Source: Acidobacteriota bacterium
GTDB lineage: Bacteria > Acidobacteriota > Blastocatellia > RBC074
NCBI GenBank assembly: GCA_040007715.1
Contig: JBDTUN010000921.1
Span: forward strand, 4,761 to 68,760
Reading direction: 5' to 3'
DNA length: 64,000 nt
Under the pieces are notes generated by a model that searched no databases, was not told where the DNA came from, and saw nothing but the letters and a program-made list of their open reading frames with translations. The translations under genes and the position numbers were made by a program. Within the stretch, counting starts at the first letter, position 1. Each line of letters begins with the position of its first letter. Positions 31,601 to 40,100 of this stretch are shown piece by piece.

Positions 31601-33560
31601 CCTTTCGGCGCTGGCCGCCGAACACCGCGAAGCCGTTTGGCAGTACCTCGCGCTCACCGCCCGGGCAGGGAGCGTGGAGGGCGCAGCGGCGCTCGTGCGG
31701 ACGCTGGAATTGTTGCAGCCGCCGGTCGCGGAAATCACGGATGATCTGAAGGTCTCACTAAACGCTTTCCGGCAATCGCTGGCGGCCTCGCGCTCCGTCC
31801 CCGCGCAACGGATTGGGTGCGCGTTGTGGTGGCATTTGGTGCGGTTGGGCGTTTGCGACGCGCCTTCACTCGATGAGATCAAGCGGCAACTGAAGGAGAA
31901 GTCCGATGTCACCACCCGGGCGGAACTCGTCAATCTGCTCGCTCAGGCCTCGGTCAGAAGCCGCTTTGATGCCGATCAGGTCGCCGCGATTCTGTTGCCG
32001 CTCGCCGGGTTGAAAGACCAAAAACTCGGCAAAACGGCGTTGACGGCGCTGGTCAACTTGATCGTCGAACTGCCTGTCGAAGCGCCTGAATTTATTCTTG
32101 ATGCGCTCGATGTGGCTTTGGCCGCGCCGACAGACTCCGGCCGCCCGACGCTTTTTGGCCGAGTGATAGAGTTTTTGTCGTTGCGTAACGTCGCCCTGGC
32201 CACGGAAATACTGAAGCGGATTCTGCTCGCGCCAGCCATCACCGAGTTGGGCAAGCAAGCGCAGAAGGACATCGCTAACCGGCTGCGCTCACCGGCCCGC
32301 CAACTCGTTCGTGTGATGACGCAGGAACAGCGCAATCAACTGCTCGCTTTGACGACGGCCATTGATCCGCTGCTTCAGCGCGTGATTGTGGAGGCTGTTT
32401 GCCACGAGGCGTTTATACCATCCATTGAGGTGCTCGATCAGTTATTGGCATCTACTTCTGGCGCCTCTGGCGCTGATGGTCAGGGGCTTGCTGATCGCAC
32501 GGTTGAATTGATCAGGCGACAGAAATACGCCAGGGAGCGTTCTGCCGGCGGCGAAACATGGGGGGAGTTGCCAAAGTTGTATGATCTGGTGAAGCAGGGA
32601 ACGAACTTTTCTGAACAGGAGACCGAACGAGTGAACATAAAACAAATTGATAGCGTGAGCGCCAGCAGCCAGGCTCAGTTGGCCAGACCGAGGCTCGGCA
32701 TCGTCATCGCTTTGGGTGAGGAGTTTGCTGAACTGTTTCGCGAAATCGAAGGATCATTCTTTCGCGACCGCGACCCTGACACGGGCCGGAATTACTACTT
32801 CTTTGATCGCGCTTCGTCAGCAACAGGGAAGACGTACCGCAATGTCGCCACCTTTGTAGGCGGCATGGGGCCTACGTCAGCGGCCCTAGTCTCACAGGCG
32901 ATGATGATTCGATACGCCCCACAGACAATGGTCATGCTGGGCATTGCGGGCGGCATAGATAGCGACGTGCGCATCGGCGACATCATCATTCCAACAGTCG
33001 TGGACGCTTACCTGGAAAATTCCAAAGCCGAGAAGTCGGCGGGCGGCGACGGATTTGAATTCATCCTCGGCGGCGAACCATTCCGCCCTAGCAATACCTG
33101 GATTCGGCTGGTTGAGCATTTGCCGTTTGCGCACAGAGATATTTTTGCCCGCTGGCAGGAAGAGTGCGCGGACGATTGGCTGACGTTGATGCCTGACGCG
33201 ACCGTGCGCGAGGAGTTGGTCGCTAAGTCTTGCGTGCGCGAAAAAGCCGGGTTGGTGACTGGCCATCTAGCCTCCGGGCCAACCGTCGGCGCGACTGAAA
33301 AATTCTCCGAGTGGCTCAAGACTCATCGAGACCGCAAGTATTTGGGCCTGGAAATGGAAGCGGCTGGATTGATGGCGGCGGCGAACGAGTATTTGCACGC
33401 CAAAGACACTTTGGTCGTCCGCGCGGTGTCCGACTTCGGCGACGAACGAAAGAAAGAAATGGAGCAAAAGTCGAAAGGGGTGCTCCGCCGCTATGCGGTT
33501 CGCAACGCCATCAGGCTGCTCTGGCTACTGGTCGAGGCAAACGACGCTATAAACGAGTGA
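25671..33560 (+). CDS. Giant (2629 aa) STAND NTPase: NACHT module 1, HEAT-like repeats, NACHT-like module 2, long helical repeat region, C-terminal PNP/MTAN-family nucleoside phosphorylase-like domain
   Basis: Module 1: GPPGCGKTT (aa ~241), LLMLDGWDEV, IIITSRP, NPFLLSLLC, FHFLHTTFQEYLAA. Module 2: VTGDAGHGKTSLL (aa ~1212), LVLLDTVDAL, LIAACRPQE, VNPLTLRMLF, LHFFHQTFFEHSAA. C-terminus (aa ~2341-2629): GIVIALGEEF..., MVMLGIAGGID and LGLEMEAAGL, matching the PNP_UDP_1 / MTA nucleosidase family. Confidence 0.8.
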   Translation: MSDAINNDPDFLWQTLLILRALVRTKDDSSIRLEGDRLYLASEELRLPADALSERELKDRIRELARRAGLPDVSVGSLAEIWRTELTNRALSRSELLERGEWAILKRNPKETDIVRRWRDELLARMVNQLADLNAVERFEPAATSQDRERKLELGPLIEDWPRRILEDDYWKYAEAPLPEMKPLALDDVWVDLFLSDPLEATEEHEVAAYQDWHDERQRWRTEPAAFVLERVYGATALVGPPGCGKTTLLKWFARQLIARPQGRFLLPLYVPLRKYAQARYASGAGSHAPASLSLLEFALRQCGIKQPAQLALWMPTIGYLTGADRTNVLLMLDGWDEVPAEHREPMLAEIDDLAHAFAIIITSRPSGFPRLLPVSHIYEIASLSPDTSERLVRRWFEASGAPEQAEAVLRNLDAHPDLRRLVRNPFLLSLLCGICRHADYLATSSTMSGAVSRTALYRQAIRLIIAHHNRHFPRLITALEERKVARLALWLQADAPNAPRYVFDRADAQQCLNETTTLENVRSSRLLSQLHLDRESFHFLHTTFQEYLAARGLLSEPPATAESRLRERVYDLGWQEILCFAAGESADEKIKNILWQQLSALARQPDRFGLVFVRLARFVREAGAGDGGKSLLGVDVRDELWRAIEQGIEINVFVDAHAELDSNDLLRRIEEQLGRNSDERIRVRLIRAMGRFRSPETARALVDRVLHGDDNAAAIAAYASHRVLDADGFRTLRAAITDEELSEQQRIRALRTLGNARDSLIVPALAETAWRPLDALSIEAIKALGRIGDAAASANLTELLSETNDVARQEFIITALGQARDPIARDRLIEEITFRWPDDPLLPGALEALIEKPFYHGAETVAGLLRCERPEVRAAAAQALADSARTTYGHELARVAQEDGVKAVRMAALQSLIKQGGPQDILKLSRLAGDEARDMEERAEALATALQICARLTPDALMLRMLNHSALDALQAPSGLLAMSAASHAHVLGDQIAERLLEICGDDQASDSVREEACRSIARILRNHEHVLKDRAADLLLDLVRREPATTADEEEPNLDSRQRLAQAAAVALTEINVARLLGEPGTTCANALAAFAVRTGCLVFPDRIINAGGQTIAIQPQRAASTEQTLNSEADPTNRADHTSQANHECLRRVRRWSRIAADDAQQVIQAAGSDHHAEVVLGPELYVERDIEQEICDRLEKSGRRGQSASVLVTGDAGHGKTSLLWRLHHTYGAHQALEGAGNWEPWFIKSTLLVMTPRAGEATGGLYLDDLLAAARLVLAEGRKPLVLLDTVDALLHGEEAERERVVEALLTLLEEGCSLIAACRPQEAVLLGPLRRGSLRLDEYRGRELTEAIDKHVAHFYAYADLHTREEHRAHINSVVARGLPLREVCVNPLTLRMLFVLYAPDAVPAEVNVFDLYDKFWRDRVVTDRRAGSPLPPSGAANLEKAAALVALVMLAEGQPELPAQRVRDGVTNFGGDAAEIEQLISRGVLHGQGGATLHFFHQTFFEHSAARAILDHFGGGGLTMLQRRLASRPHDMFLSPVYEQALLLAENMPAAVRLCADDLLGNLFRADSAIERSSAAYIYAHRKSVPTAIARQFHALLKAADTALVRRFLAVAPNLPIQRWADLFHELDLIWERGKWEEHAHVLDLLERLAVRDDQRVLDYLSRHEVLDYILKLPFHFQGATRLLRVYAALAIHQPVRSWELVGRLYRFGLKEQSQDLQISAINALAEYATLYGPETIASRFEEMARSTAGTPPRFNEVFPQAIGRLWAIEWRARNVALKTIVEQASGPQADQVQTRARLYGLAALLVDSGNVADAAYLFESFRREADVHRQWLWARMCLPGLLGSEVEDNELSPAVRHIRSEIIAIFGDRIRQPKSSAEAEAEAAPDSQRIFLMACEAVEKANFSPARLAALLDFPEAEAPEVWLDKELFAELLPDAYVGGHYGAVEAMRLLTNAPERFPEAPVVPIALRLSALAAEHREAVWQYLALTARAGSVEGAAALVRTLELLQPPVAEITDDLKVSLNAFRQSLAASRSVPAQRIGCALWWHLVRLGVCDAPSLDEIKRQLKEKSDVTTRAELVNLLAQASVRSRFDADQVAAILLPLAGLKDQKLGKTALTALVNLIVELPVEAPEFILDALDVALAAPTDSGRPTLFGRVIEFLSLRNVALATEILKRILLAPAITELGKQAQKDIANRLRSPARQLVRVMTQEQRNQLLALTTAIDPLLQRVIVEAVCHEAFIPSIEVLDQLLASTSGASGADGQGLADRTVELIRRQKYARERSAGGETWGELPKLYDLVKQGTNFSEQETERVNIKQIDSVSASSQAQLARPRLGIVIALGEEFAELFREIEGSFFRDRDPDTGRNYYFFDRASSATGKTYRNVATFVGGMGPTSAALVSQAMMIRYAPQTMVMLGIAGGIDSDVRIGDIIIPTVVDAYLENSKAEKSAGGDGFEFILGGEPFRPSNTWIRLVEHLPFAHRDIFARWQEECADDWLTLMPDATVREELVAKSCVREKAGLVTGHLASGPTVGATEKFSEWLKTHRDRKYLGLEMEAAGLMAAANEYLHAKDTLVVRAVSDFGDERKKEMEQKSKGVLRRYAVRNAIRLLWLLVEANDAINE

Positions 33561-33783
33561 CACGGCAGCAGCTCTCTGCGGAAAGAACCTATGCCTTACA
33601 TATTTGTCCGAAGCTCTGGTCAGCGTTGAGTGCTACAAAGGACAGGAACAGAAAGTTGCGCGGCAGGGAAACCACCTAGGCTAGCGATGCTTTGCCTGCC
33701 TGCAATCTGATGTGGCGCACGAAAGCCAGCCAGTGAAGTCGTTGATCTCAGGGCACACGCTTATTTCGGGAAGGGAGATAGCT

Positions 33784-35073
33784 ATGATACCAATTCAAAT
33801 TCTGCTTGCCACCGACGAAGTCAGCATCATTCCCGATTACGCAAAACAGCTTTTTGAGAGTCCAGACTGGTTCGGCGATGACCCTGCGCCGGTTACCCGG
33901 GGGCTGACTGGCGAATTGTCCGCGCATGGTTTTCAAGTTGGCTTCACCAAACTGGATGAGCTAGCCGAATCGCTCGAACTGCGGGCGACTCTCGGCTGCG
34001 TCTACCATGTGCTATGCATCCTGACCATCCGGGTCTGGAAGGTTGGTCGCACGCTTCGCACAGCCATCGAATCAGTGCGCGCCTTGCCTGATGAAGTGCT
34101 ACTTACGAATGGTCTGCGTCTCAAAACGCTGCCGGTTGTCATCGCCAACCCTGCCAATCTGCTGGGCAACGCTAAAAAATATGACGATGATTTAGAATGG
34201 GTCGCCAATGCCCGCTGGGTTGGTGCCCAGCAAGGTGATGAAGTGGTGGCCGAGACGCTGATCCGCAGCCTGGCGGATTGGCAATCAGAAATGGTGGCGG
34301 AACTCGAATACGTGGGTTGTGGCGTCAGCATGAGCGAGACGGGAAGTCTCGAAGTCTTTCCCTATTTCGAGCGGAATTCCCTGGAGAGTCTGTTCTTCGG
34401 CCCGCGCGCTACCATCGCTGGGCTGCGTGAAACAGGTTTTATTCGGCTTCCAAAAGAGGCGGTCGTCATTGCTGATTCGCTCTATGCATTGGAGCAAGCG
34501 TTGAATGAGGTCAGAACTCTGCCACCCAAGGAGCAGGAACCGCGGCTACAAAAGTGCCTTGAAGAAAATCCGGTTTTGATCACGCAGGGAATGTTTGGAA
34601 CTCCCTGGTCACGACGCACACTCAAGCATCCAGACCCGCTTCAGCAGGCAATTCAGCCGGATTTCGTCATGACGCCTCATGCAGATTGGGATCAAGTCCT
34701 GCGCCCTCGCGTGCTTGAAATCAAGACTTCTGAAAAAATAGCCGTTCGCCGAAAGCAGCTAACGAAGGATTTGCTTGATGCTTTGGAACAACTCATGGGG
34801 CGTTATGCGCGTTTCTTTGCGGATGAAAGGACACGTGAGGTACAGACCAAAATTTATGGCCGCCCGCTCGAACGGCCAAACTACGCACTGCTCATTGACA
34901 GACATATCTCGCCGGAAGACAAACAGATTTGGGAAGAGAAACGAGGGCAGAGCGTATGGAAGGACGTGTCGCTGGTTACCTACAATGATCTCCTGGATTT
35001 CGCCGCACAGCGCGTGAGTTTGGTCAACCAAGTGAATTATCGCCTACATCAGAAACTAGCCGGTAAGGATTAG
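33784..35073 (+). CDS. PD-(D/E)xK nuclease-like protein (possibly Shedu/DUF4263-like)
   Basis: Start ATG 33784 with GGAGAT SD. C-terminal half carries PDFVMT...(15 aa)...LEIKT (PD...ExK). The Shedu family assignment is a guess from size and layout. Confidence 0.4.
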   Translation: MIPIQILLATDEVSIIPDYAKQLFESPDWFGDDPAPVTRGLTGELSAHGFQVGFTKLDELAESLELRATLGCVYHVLCILTIRVWKVGRTLRTAIESVRALPDEVLLTNGLRLKTLPVVIANPANLLGNAKKYDDDLEWVANARWVGAQQGDEVVAETLIRSLADWQSEMVAELEYVGCGVSMSETGSLEVFPYFERNSLESLFFGPRATIAGLRETGFIRLPKEAVVIADSLYALEQALNEVRTLPPKEQEPRLQKCLEENPVLITQGMFGTPWSRRTLKHPDPLQQAIQPDFVMTPHADWDQVLRPRVLEIKTSEKIAVRRKQLTKDLLDALEQLMGRYARFFADERTREVQTKIYGRPLERPNYALLIDRHISPEDKQIWEEKRGQSVWKDVSLVTYNDLLDFAAQRVSLVNQVNYRLHQKLAGKD

Positions 35074-35140
35074 CGCAAAGATCATTAGTTTTTGGCGAGC
35101 CTGTCGGTTATTCGAGGGGCGGCATTGTCGTAAGACCGCT

Positions 35141-37750
35141 TCAAGTGGACTGTATTGGAGACAGATCAACCGCTGTCACATAACTGCTTTTGAACTTCTT
35201 CGTCACATCACAAGCGAGTGTCAATTTGTCGCCCTCGACGTTGAGAACGACGGTGAGGAAAGGCGCCGCGACTTTCGACAGAAAAACCAGATCACCGCGC
35301 ACCGGTTCACGCGGCAAGGTGGGAGCGTTGCGCAAATCGCCGCTGAGGAGAGCGAGATGCGCGCCCCATTGCAATTGCGCCTTGAGCCACTCTTCCGATT
35401 TCCGGTTTGATATTGACGATAAAAGCGCTGTGCGCGTTCTGCTCACAGCCTCTTCATCACTCGAAGTGTCTGCGGTCAGGTACATCAGTTGTTCGAGGCC
35501 ATAGAGGTTTTCCCATAAGACATCCGGTTCGTCGTCGTCCAACACTGTTCTTACATCCAATTGACAATCCCAAGCCAACCACAACAGCAACCCGCGCACA
35601 GCCGATGCTTCAATGCAGTGTTCGTCACCAGCCTCCTGCAACGCTGCCTTCATCACTCCGCAATCTCGTGCATACAAATAACGACAGGCATTCAGAAAGA
35701 ACTCCCATTGAGCGTCGAGCGGCACGATGCGTTCCCCACGGGGAACCCATGCGGTGTAGTTAACACGGTTAGTAAGATGCTGGGTGAGACCGAGCACTGC
35801 GGCGAGATGCAGTAGCGCGCGCAGCGGATTGCTCTGGCCTTCAGCCGCAAGCGCGAGTTGGCCTGTCATACGCCTAAACAGGCTTCTAAACCGGCGGTGG
35901 CAAGTCTTCAAGAGCGCCGCGCCATCAATTTCGACGGACAGATCAGGCTCTTCACTTTCATCTTCCTTCAATTCCTCTTCACTACGTTTGATAATCAGGT
36001 ACCCCACCAAAGGGGAGGCAAGTCCCTGTCCGAGGCGGTGGATCAGAACGCTGAGGATGAGCGCAAGGTCGCCTGTTGCAAGCGGCCGCCATCTACGTGT
36101 GCCCGTTTTGGCCTGCCCCAGTCTTATGCTGTCTGCCGCCAGAGATGTTATTTCCGAGTCTCCATCGTTCTGGTTATTGCCGGAAGTAAATGAAGCTGAC
36201 CGCTCAAATAAGCCATCTACAGTATCGTCGGCGATCACTTTCTCAATCAGCTTCAGCAATTCAATGGGAGCTTCGCTGTCGGGCGAAGCAAGCGCGCGTT
36301 TGAACTCTCGCTGCAAATCGGTTTGTGCGGCATCGGCCAGATCCGCCGTGTGATGCACGATGGCGTAGGCTAAATCGCAGCCGTCAGTTTGCAGTTCGAG
36401 CAGCCGGGTAAATGACAGCGCGGCAGGATCGTGGACTTTAAGGCGGAGGATTTCACCATCGAAACTAAATGCTGAACTATCACCCAAATTCGTGCCGTCG
36501 GCATCAAGCAGAGTAGCGCGGCTAAAGCCCATCGGCCCATTGCTGAAACCGTAAATCTCAAAACCGTCTTCTACTTTGCAGGCAATCAATAGCGAACAAG
36601 CGATACGCTCCTCGTCGGTTGAAAGAGGTTTGTTCTGACTTACCTTCTCCCAGTCTGGCGCGGTGAGAGGCGGTTGTGTGGCCAGAGCCGACAGCCCCAA
36701 CGCCCGTCCGAGCGAGTCCTTTCTTCCGGCGCGGCGCAGAATGACTGCCTCGGCATTTCGTTTTGTAGGCCCTGCGAGCCAAGCCGGCGGCGTCGGGTTC
36801 GCGCTGCCGGTGATGAGCAGTTCTTCGCCCTGCTCGGTTTCAAAGAGGATCGCTTTAGCGTGCAGATAACCACTCCCATCGTGTAGCAAGCTTGCATCCA
36901 CAAACTTTGCTTGCGGGACGATCTGGCAGGCATCGGCTGGGATGATGACTTTTTCAGGCTCGATACCGACGACCAGATTCTTGGGTGAGAAATCTTCGCC
37001 GAGCCGCTTGATGAACATTAGGCTCTGATCGAAGAAGGGGCCGACCGCAACAATCCGCTTTACTCTGGCGGGCACACGTTCGCGCACCAACTCCCACAAA
37101 GGAGGCCCGGTTGGCTCTGACCCGAAGAAGTGGCTTTCCTTGCCATCTACAATTGGCTCCTGCGGCTCTTGTAACCAGGGTGCGAAGCGCGCCATTGCGT
37201 TGACCGTTTCCTGCAAAGGCTCCGGCAAAGTGGCGGCCCAGGCTTTGATGAAGTTTAGAGCAGCATGAAAAGTTGGCAGGAGCGCCCGGTCTTTGTTGCC
37301 CGAATACTCAAAGCAGTTGGTCAATTCCCGGTTGAAACTGAAGCCTGAGAGCGTGAGGTTGTGGCTGCCGACTAGCAGCAAACCATGCTGGCGACCGGCA
37401 AGCAGGACAAGCTTGGGGTGAAAGGCTCCGCCGCATTTGATTGGCAGCAGGGCGTAGCTTTTCCCAGCCAATCGCGGGCGTAAGTCTGTTCGCGCCAGCG
37501 CCTGCCCGCATTGCCCGGCATCCATCAGCACAACATTGTGCTGGCAGCCAGCCGCAGTCAGGTGGCGGAGTACCACCTCTTCGTAAAAAGGGAAATACGC
37601 ATTGAAGGTGGTGACGAGCGAGGCCGCATACTCGCGCCGCCGGATAGCTTCAAAAATCGAAAGCTCTTCAGGCACGGCAGTACTCCAGTAACTCATGCCC
37701 GGTCTGAGTGAGTCGTCTGCGGCCAGTGGTTTCATCAAACGCCAGTGCAT
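35141..37750 (-). CDS. Phospholipase D (PLD/HKD) superfamily protein, two HKD-like motifs in the N-terminal ~350 aa plus a ~500-aa uncharacterised C-terminal region
   Basis: HPKLVLLAG...LLLVGSHNLT and HAKAILFETEQGEELLITGSANPT (HxK...GSxN twice). The first motif lacks the canonical Asp. 869 aa; the 5' end overlaps the upstream gene. Confidence 0.6.
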   Translation of the reverse strand: MHWRLMKPLAADDSLRPGMSYWSTAVPEELSIFEAIRRREYAASLVTTFNAYFPFYEEVVLRHLTAAGCQHNVVLMDAGQCGQALARTDLRPRLAGKSYALLPIKCGGAFHPKLVLLAGRQHGLLLVGSHNLTLSGFSFNRELTNCFEYSGNKDRALLPTFHAALNFIKAWAATLPEPLQETVNAMARFAPWLQEPQEPIVDGKESHFFGSEPTGPPLWELVRERVPARVKRIVAVGPFFDQSLMFIKRLGEDFSPKNLVVGIEPEKVIIPADACQIVPQAKFVDASLLHDGSGYLHAKAILFETEQGEELLITGSANPTPPAWLAGPTKRNAEAVILRRAGRKDSLGRALGLSALATQPPLTAPDWEKVSQNKPLSTDEERIACSLLIACKVEDGFEIYGFSNGPMGFSRATLLDADGTNLGDSSAFSFDGEILRLKVHDPAALSFTRLLELQTDGCDLAYAIVHHTADLADAAQTDLQREFKRALASPDSEAPIELLKLIEKVIADDTVDGLFERSASFTSGNNQNDGDSEITSLAADSIRLGQAKTGTRRWRPLATGDLALILSVLIHRLGQGLASPLVGYLIIKRSEEELKEDESEEPDLSVEIDGAALLKTCHRRFRSLFRRMTGQLALAAEGQSNPLRALLHLAAVLGLTQHLTNRVNYTAWVPRGERIVPLDAQWEFFLNACRYLYARDCGVMKAALQEAGDEHCIEASAVRGLLLWLAWDCQLDVRTVLDDDEPDVLWENLYGLEQLMYLTADTSSDEEAVSRTRTALLSSISNRKSEEWLKAQLQWGAHLALLSGDLRNAPTLPREPVRGDLVFLSKVAAPFLTVVLNVEGDKLTLACDVTKKFKSSYVTAVDLSPIQST

Positions 37751-39317
37751 CCAGGTCGTGCAGGATTTGGAGTGCTTGCGTAATGCGTGGGCTGGTGAAG
37801 GCCGGTTGGATATGGCCGACCAAACGCAATCCCTCGTCTGTCGGCTTGATGCGGAAGGTGTCTCGTCCCTCAGCTTGCAATTTGCGAAGTGCGACTCGCA
37901 GATGTACGTCCAGTCCCCAGTGCGTTACGAGCCAGCCGAGCAGTTCGCGCAGCGGCAGCTCGTTCCACTTCTGTCGAGCGTTTGCACGCAGGGAAGTGAG
38001 GTTAATCGGGTAGCTATCAAGCTGCGCGACATTGGAGAAGAGGTCGTACTCTGCGCGCTCGTCACGCGCGGCCAGCGCCAGCAGAATGTCCAGCGCCACT
38101 CGCAGCGCTCCCGCCGCAGAAGCATCTTCAAGCGGACGATAGATGATCTTCTCCAGCTTCCAGCCCAGCATCAGTTCGTGTGCTTCATTCTCCCAGTCGC
38201 CAATTTCAGGCAGCGATGAGCGTACGCGGTTGACGGCTGCGGAAAAGGTTGCGTGTCCCTCACCTTTGAGTATCTGCTCGGCGAATGAAGAGATAAACCA
38301 CTGCCGTAGAGCCTCGCGATCACGCAGCAACCCACCGTTCTTCTCAAGCTCAATCAAGGCTGCCCAGAAGATTCCCTGAACGGCGATTGAAAGCAGTTCG
38401 TTGCATTGGTACACGGCCCAGCGTTGCCGCGCCGCTTCTAGCGTGGGCGTCAACTCCCAAGGCTGTTTGCCGGGTAGATGTCCTGAGTAGACGCAGGCTC
38501 TGAAGTCGCCCACATGCCAATTTTGATACTCTGGTTCTTCATTCTCAAAGTGCGCAGCCAGATCAAGCAACAATCCCAACGTCGCGCGCCTGTGCGTTCC
38601 TTCAACTTCGTAGAAGATGTCCCCGCGATTGAAGAACAGGTTGAGCAGCAAGGCGTGCTCTGCGGGATTGGCGGGCAAGTGGCAAGGGCAGAAGCGCTGC
38701 AAACGTTCGAGCGTCTCGTTGCTGATCTCATCCGCTTCAAGCGCGTCAAAAAAGTCATCGCGCTCGACGCCCGCATCAAAAGCTTCTGCCAACGGTACTC
38801 CGCGTTGTGGCGTGTATCTGACGACGGCGCGCGGGCTGCCAGCGAGGATGCCCAGTTGATAGAACGTTCCCAGATAATACTGACCCAGTCCGCCGAGCCT
38901 GTGCTTGAAGTAACGCTGTGGTGTGTCGTCGGTTGAGGTATACGTAGAAAGCTTTTGCGGTTTCCCATCCTGAATCAGGCCGAGCACGTTTAGCAGCGTG
39001 TTGCGCCCGACCAGCGCGGCACCGTGTCCTCTTTCATCTTCATCGGTATGGCTGCCGTGCCAGGCACCAATAAGTGTGAACAGGCAGTCGGCTCGCCGCA
39101 CCAGTTGCACGAAGTTCTCCATCGTCAATGGCGCGCATCGCTGTTCAATCGCCCATACCAGCCACGGGTAGAAAGAATAACACCGCGCCCGCTCAGTCAC
39201 ATTGGTGATGCCGGGCAGCAACTGCGCGTAGATATTTTCGCATGGCGCGCGGGCGGCGAGATGGTCTCGGCCAGCGATCTCTTGAGCGGGTTTGACCCAG
39301 GCGGTGATGACAGACAT
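37668..39317 (-). CDS. Hypothetical protein (549 aa), upstream partner of the PLD-family gene (overlapping ORFs)
   Basis: Long ORF with coding-like composition and no NTPase or nuclease motif that I can see. Its stop overlaps the PLD gene start region. Confidence 0.45.
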   Translation of the reverse strand: MSVITAWVKPAQEIAGRDHLAARAPCENIYAQLLPGITNVTERARCYSFYPWLVWAIEQRCAPLTMENFVQLVRRADCLFTLIGAWHGSHTDEDERGHGAALVGRNTLLNVLGLIQDGKPQKLSTYTSTDDTPQRYFKHRLGGLGQYYLGTFYQLGILAGSPRAVVRYTPQRGVPLAEAFDAGVERDDFFDALEADEISNETLERLQRFCPCHLPANPAEHALLLNLFFNRGDIFYEVEGTHRRATLGLLLDLAAHFENEEPEYQNWHVGDFRACVYSGHLPGKQPWELTPTLEAARQRWAVYQCNELLSIAVQGIFWAALIELEKNGGLLRDREALRQWFISSFAEQILKGEGHATFSAAVNRVRSSLPEIGDWENEAHELMLGWKLEKIIYRPLEDASAAGALRVALDILLALAARDERAEYDLFSNVAQLDSYPINLTSLRANARQKWNELPLRELLGWLVTHWGLDVHLRVALRKLQAEGRDTFRIKPTDEGLRLVGHIQPAFTSPRITQALQILHDLDALAFDETTGRRRLTQTGHELLEYCRA

Positions 39318-39663
39318 TGCTTCGGCTCTGAAGTAAGGTTAGCGGGGCAGCAAATTTTAGGTCGGCTTATCACGACTGACCAGCTACAGGATGAGCGCAG
39401 TTTTCTCAGTTCTGTACAAGTCCCGGAATACTCTCTCGCAAAACTTCGGGGGCACCGTAGTTTGGAAGCTCGGGGAAAGGAAACGCGTAGAGTAACCAGT
39501 CTCAAATTCCTTCGAATTCGGCGTGCCTGAATTTTAGTGTCCGGCAAATTTCCGTGACTGTCCGCAAAGTTTGATCGGATACGCCTTCTGGGATTTTTAC
39601 CTCAATTTCCAGCGTGACTTTGACCCTTGTGCCGCGCCAACTCTTCTAGGCGAACCTGATTAT

Positions 39664-40090
39664 TCATCCTTTCGTATCATTCGGGAGTCGGTAGGCGTGA
39701 ACGCCGGAGCTTTGAACTGATACTAACAATTTGGCATCGTATAAAACCTTGGTGTCGGCACTTTCACAGTCAATCCAGAAGCCCTGCCCAGAATATAAGC
39801 TGATCCGCTTCGCGGGCGAAAGTCCATCTTTTATGCCTTTCGTCTGGGCGAAGGGGAGCAATACTTTGCGTCCGATAACATTGATTACGTAATTTGTCCT
39901 TCAGTTTTACCGGTTGTGGCAGCCTACTTTGGTTGAAACGCTCGTATTTGAAGTTCAGCACAGTCTCACCACATCCGCACGATGAGCCGCTCTCATTGTC
40001 GAAGAAACAGAAGAGGGTTTCACCAGGGATAGTCCCGTAATTTTCAAGGGCCTTGCCAGCAATTCGAGCATGAAAGGATATTCTCACCAT
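39664..40090 (-). pseudogene. Frameshifted hypothetical gene in a low-GC patch (two overlapping minus-strand ORFs 39770-40090 and 39664-39861 in different frames)
   Basis: Each ORF has a plausible protein-like half (…GTIPGETLFCFFDNESGSSCGCGETVLNFKYERF… and …[37 protein letters not shown]…). Each runs on into the other frame as nonsense. Local GC is visibly lower than the flanks. Confidence 0.3.
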
Positions 40091-40100
40091 CAGGGGTTAG

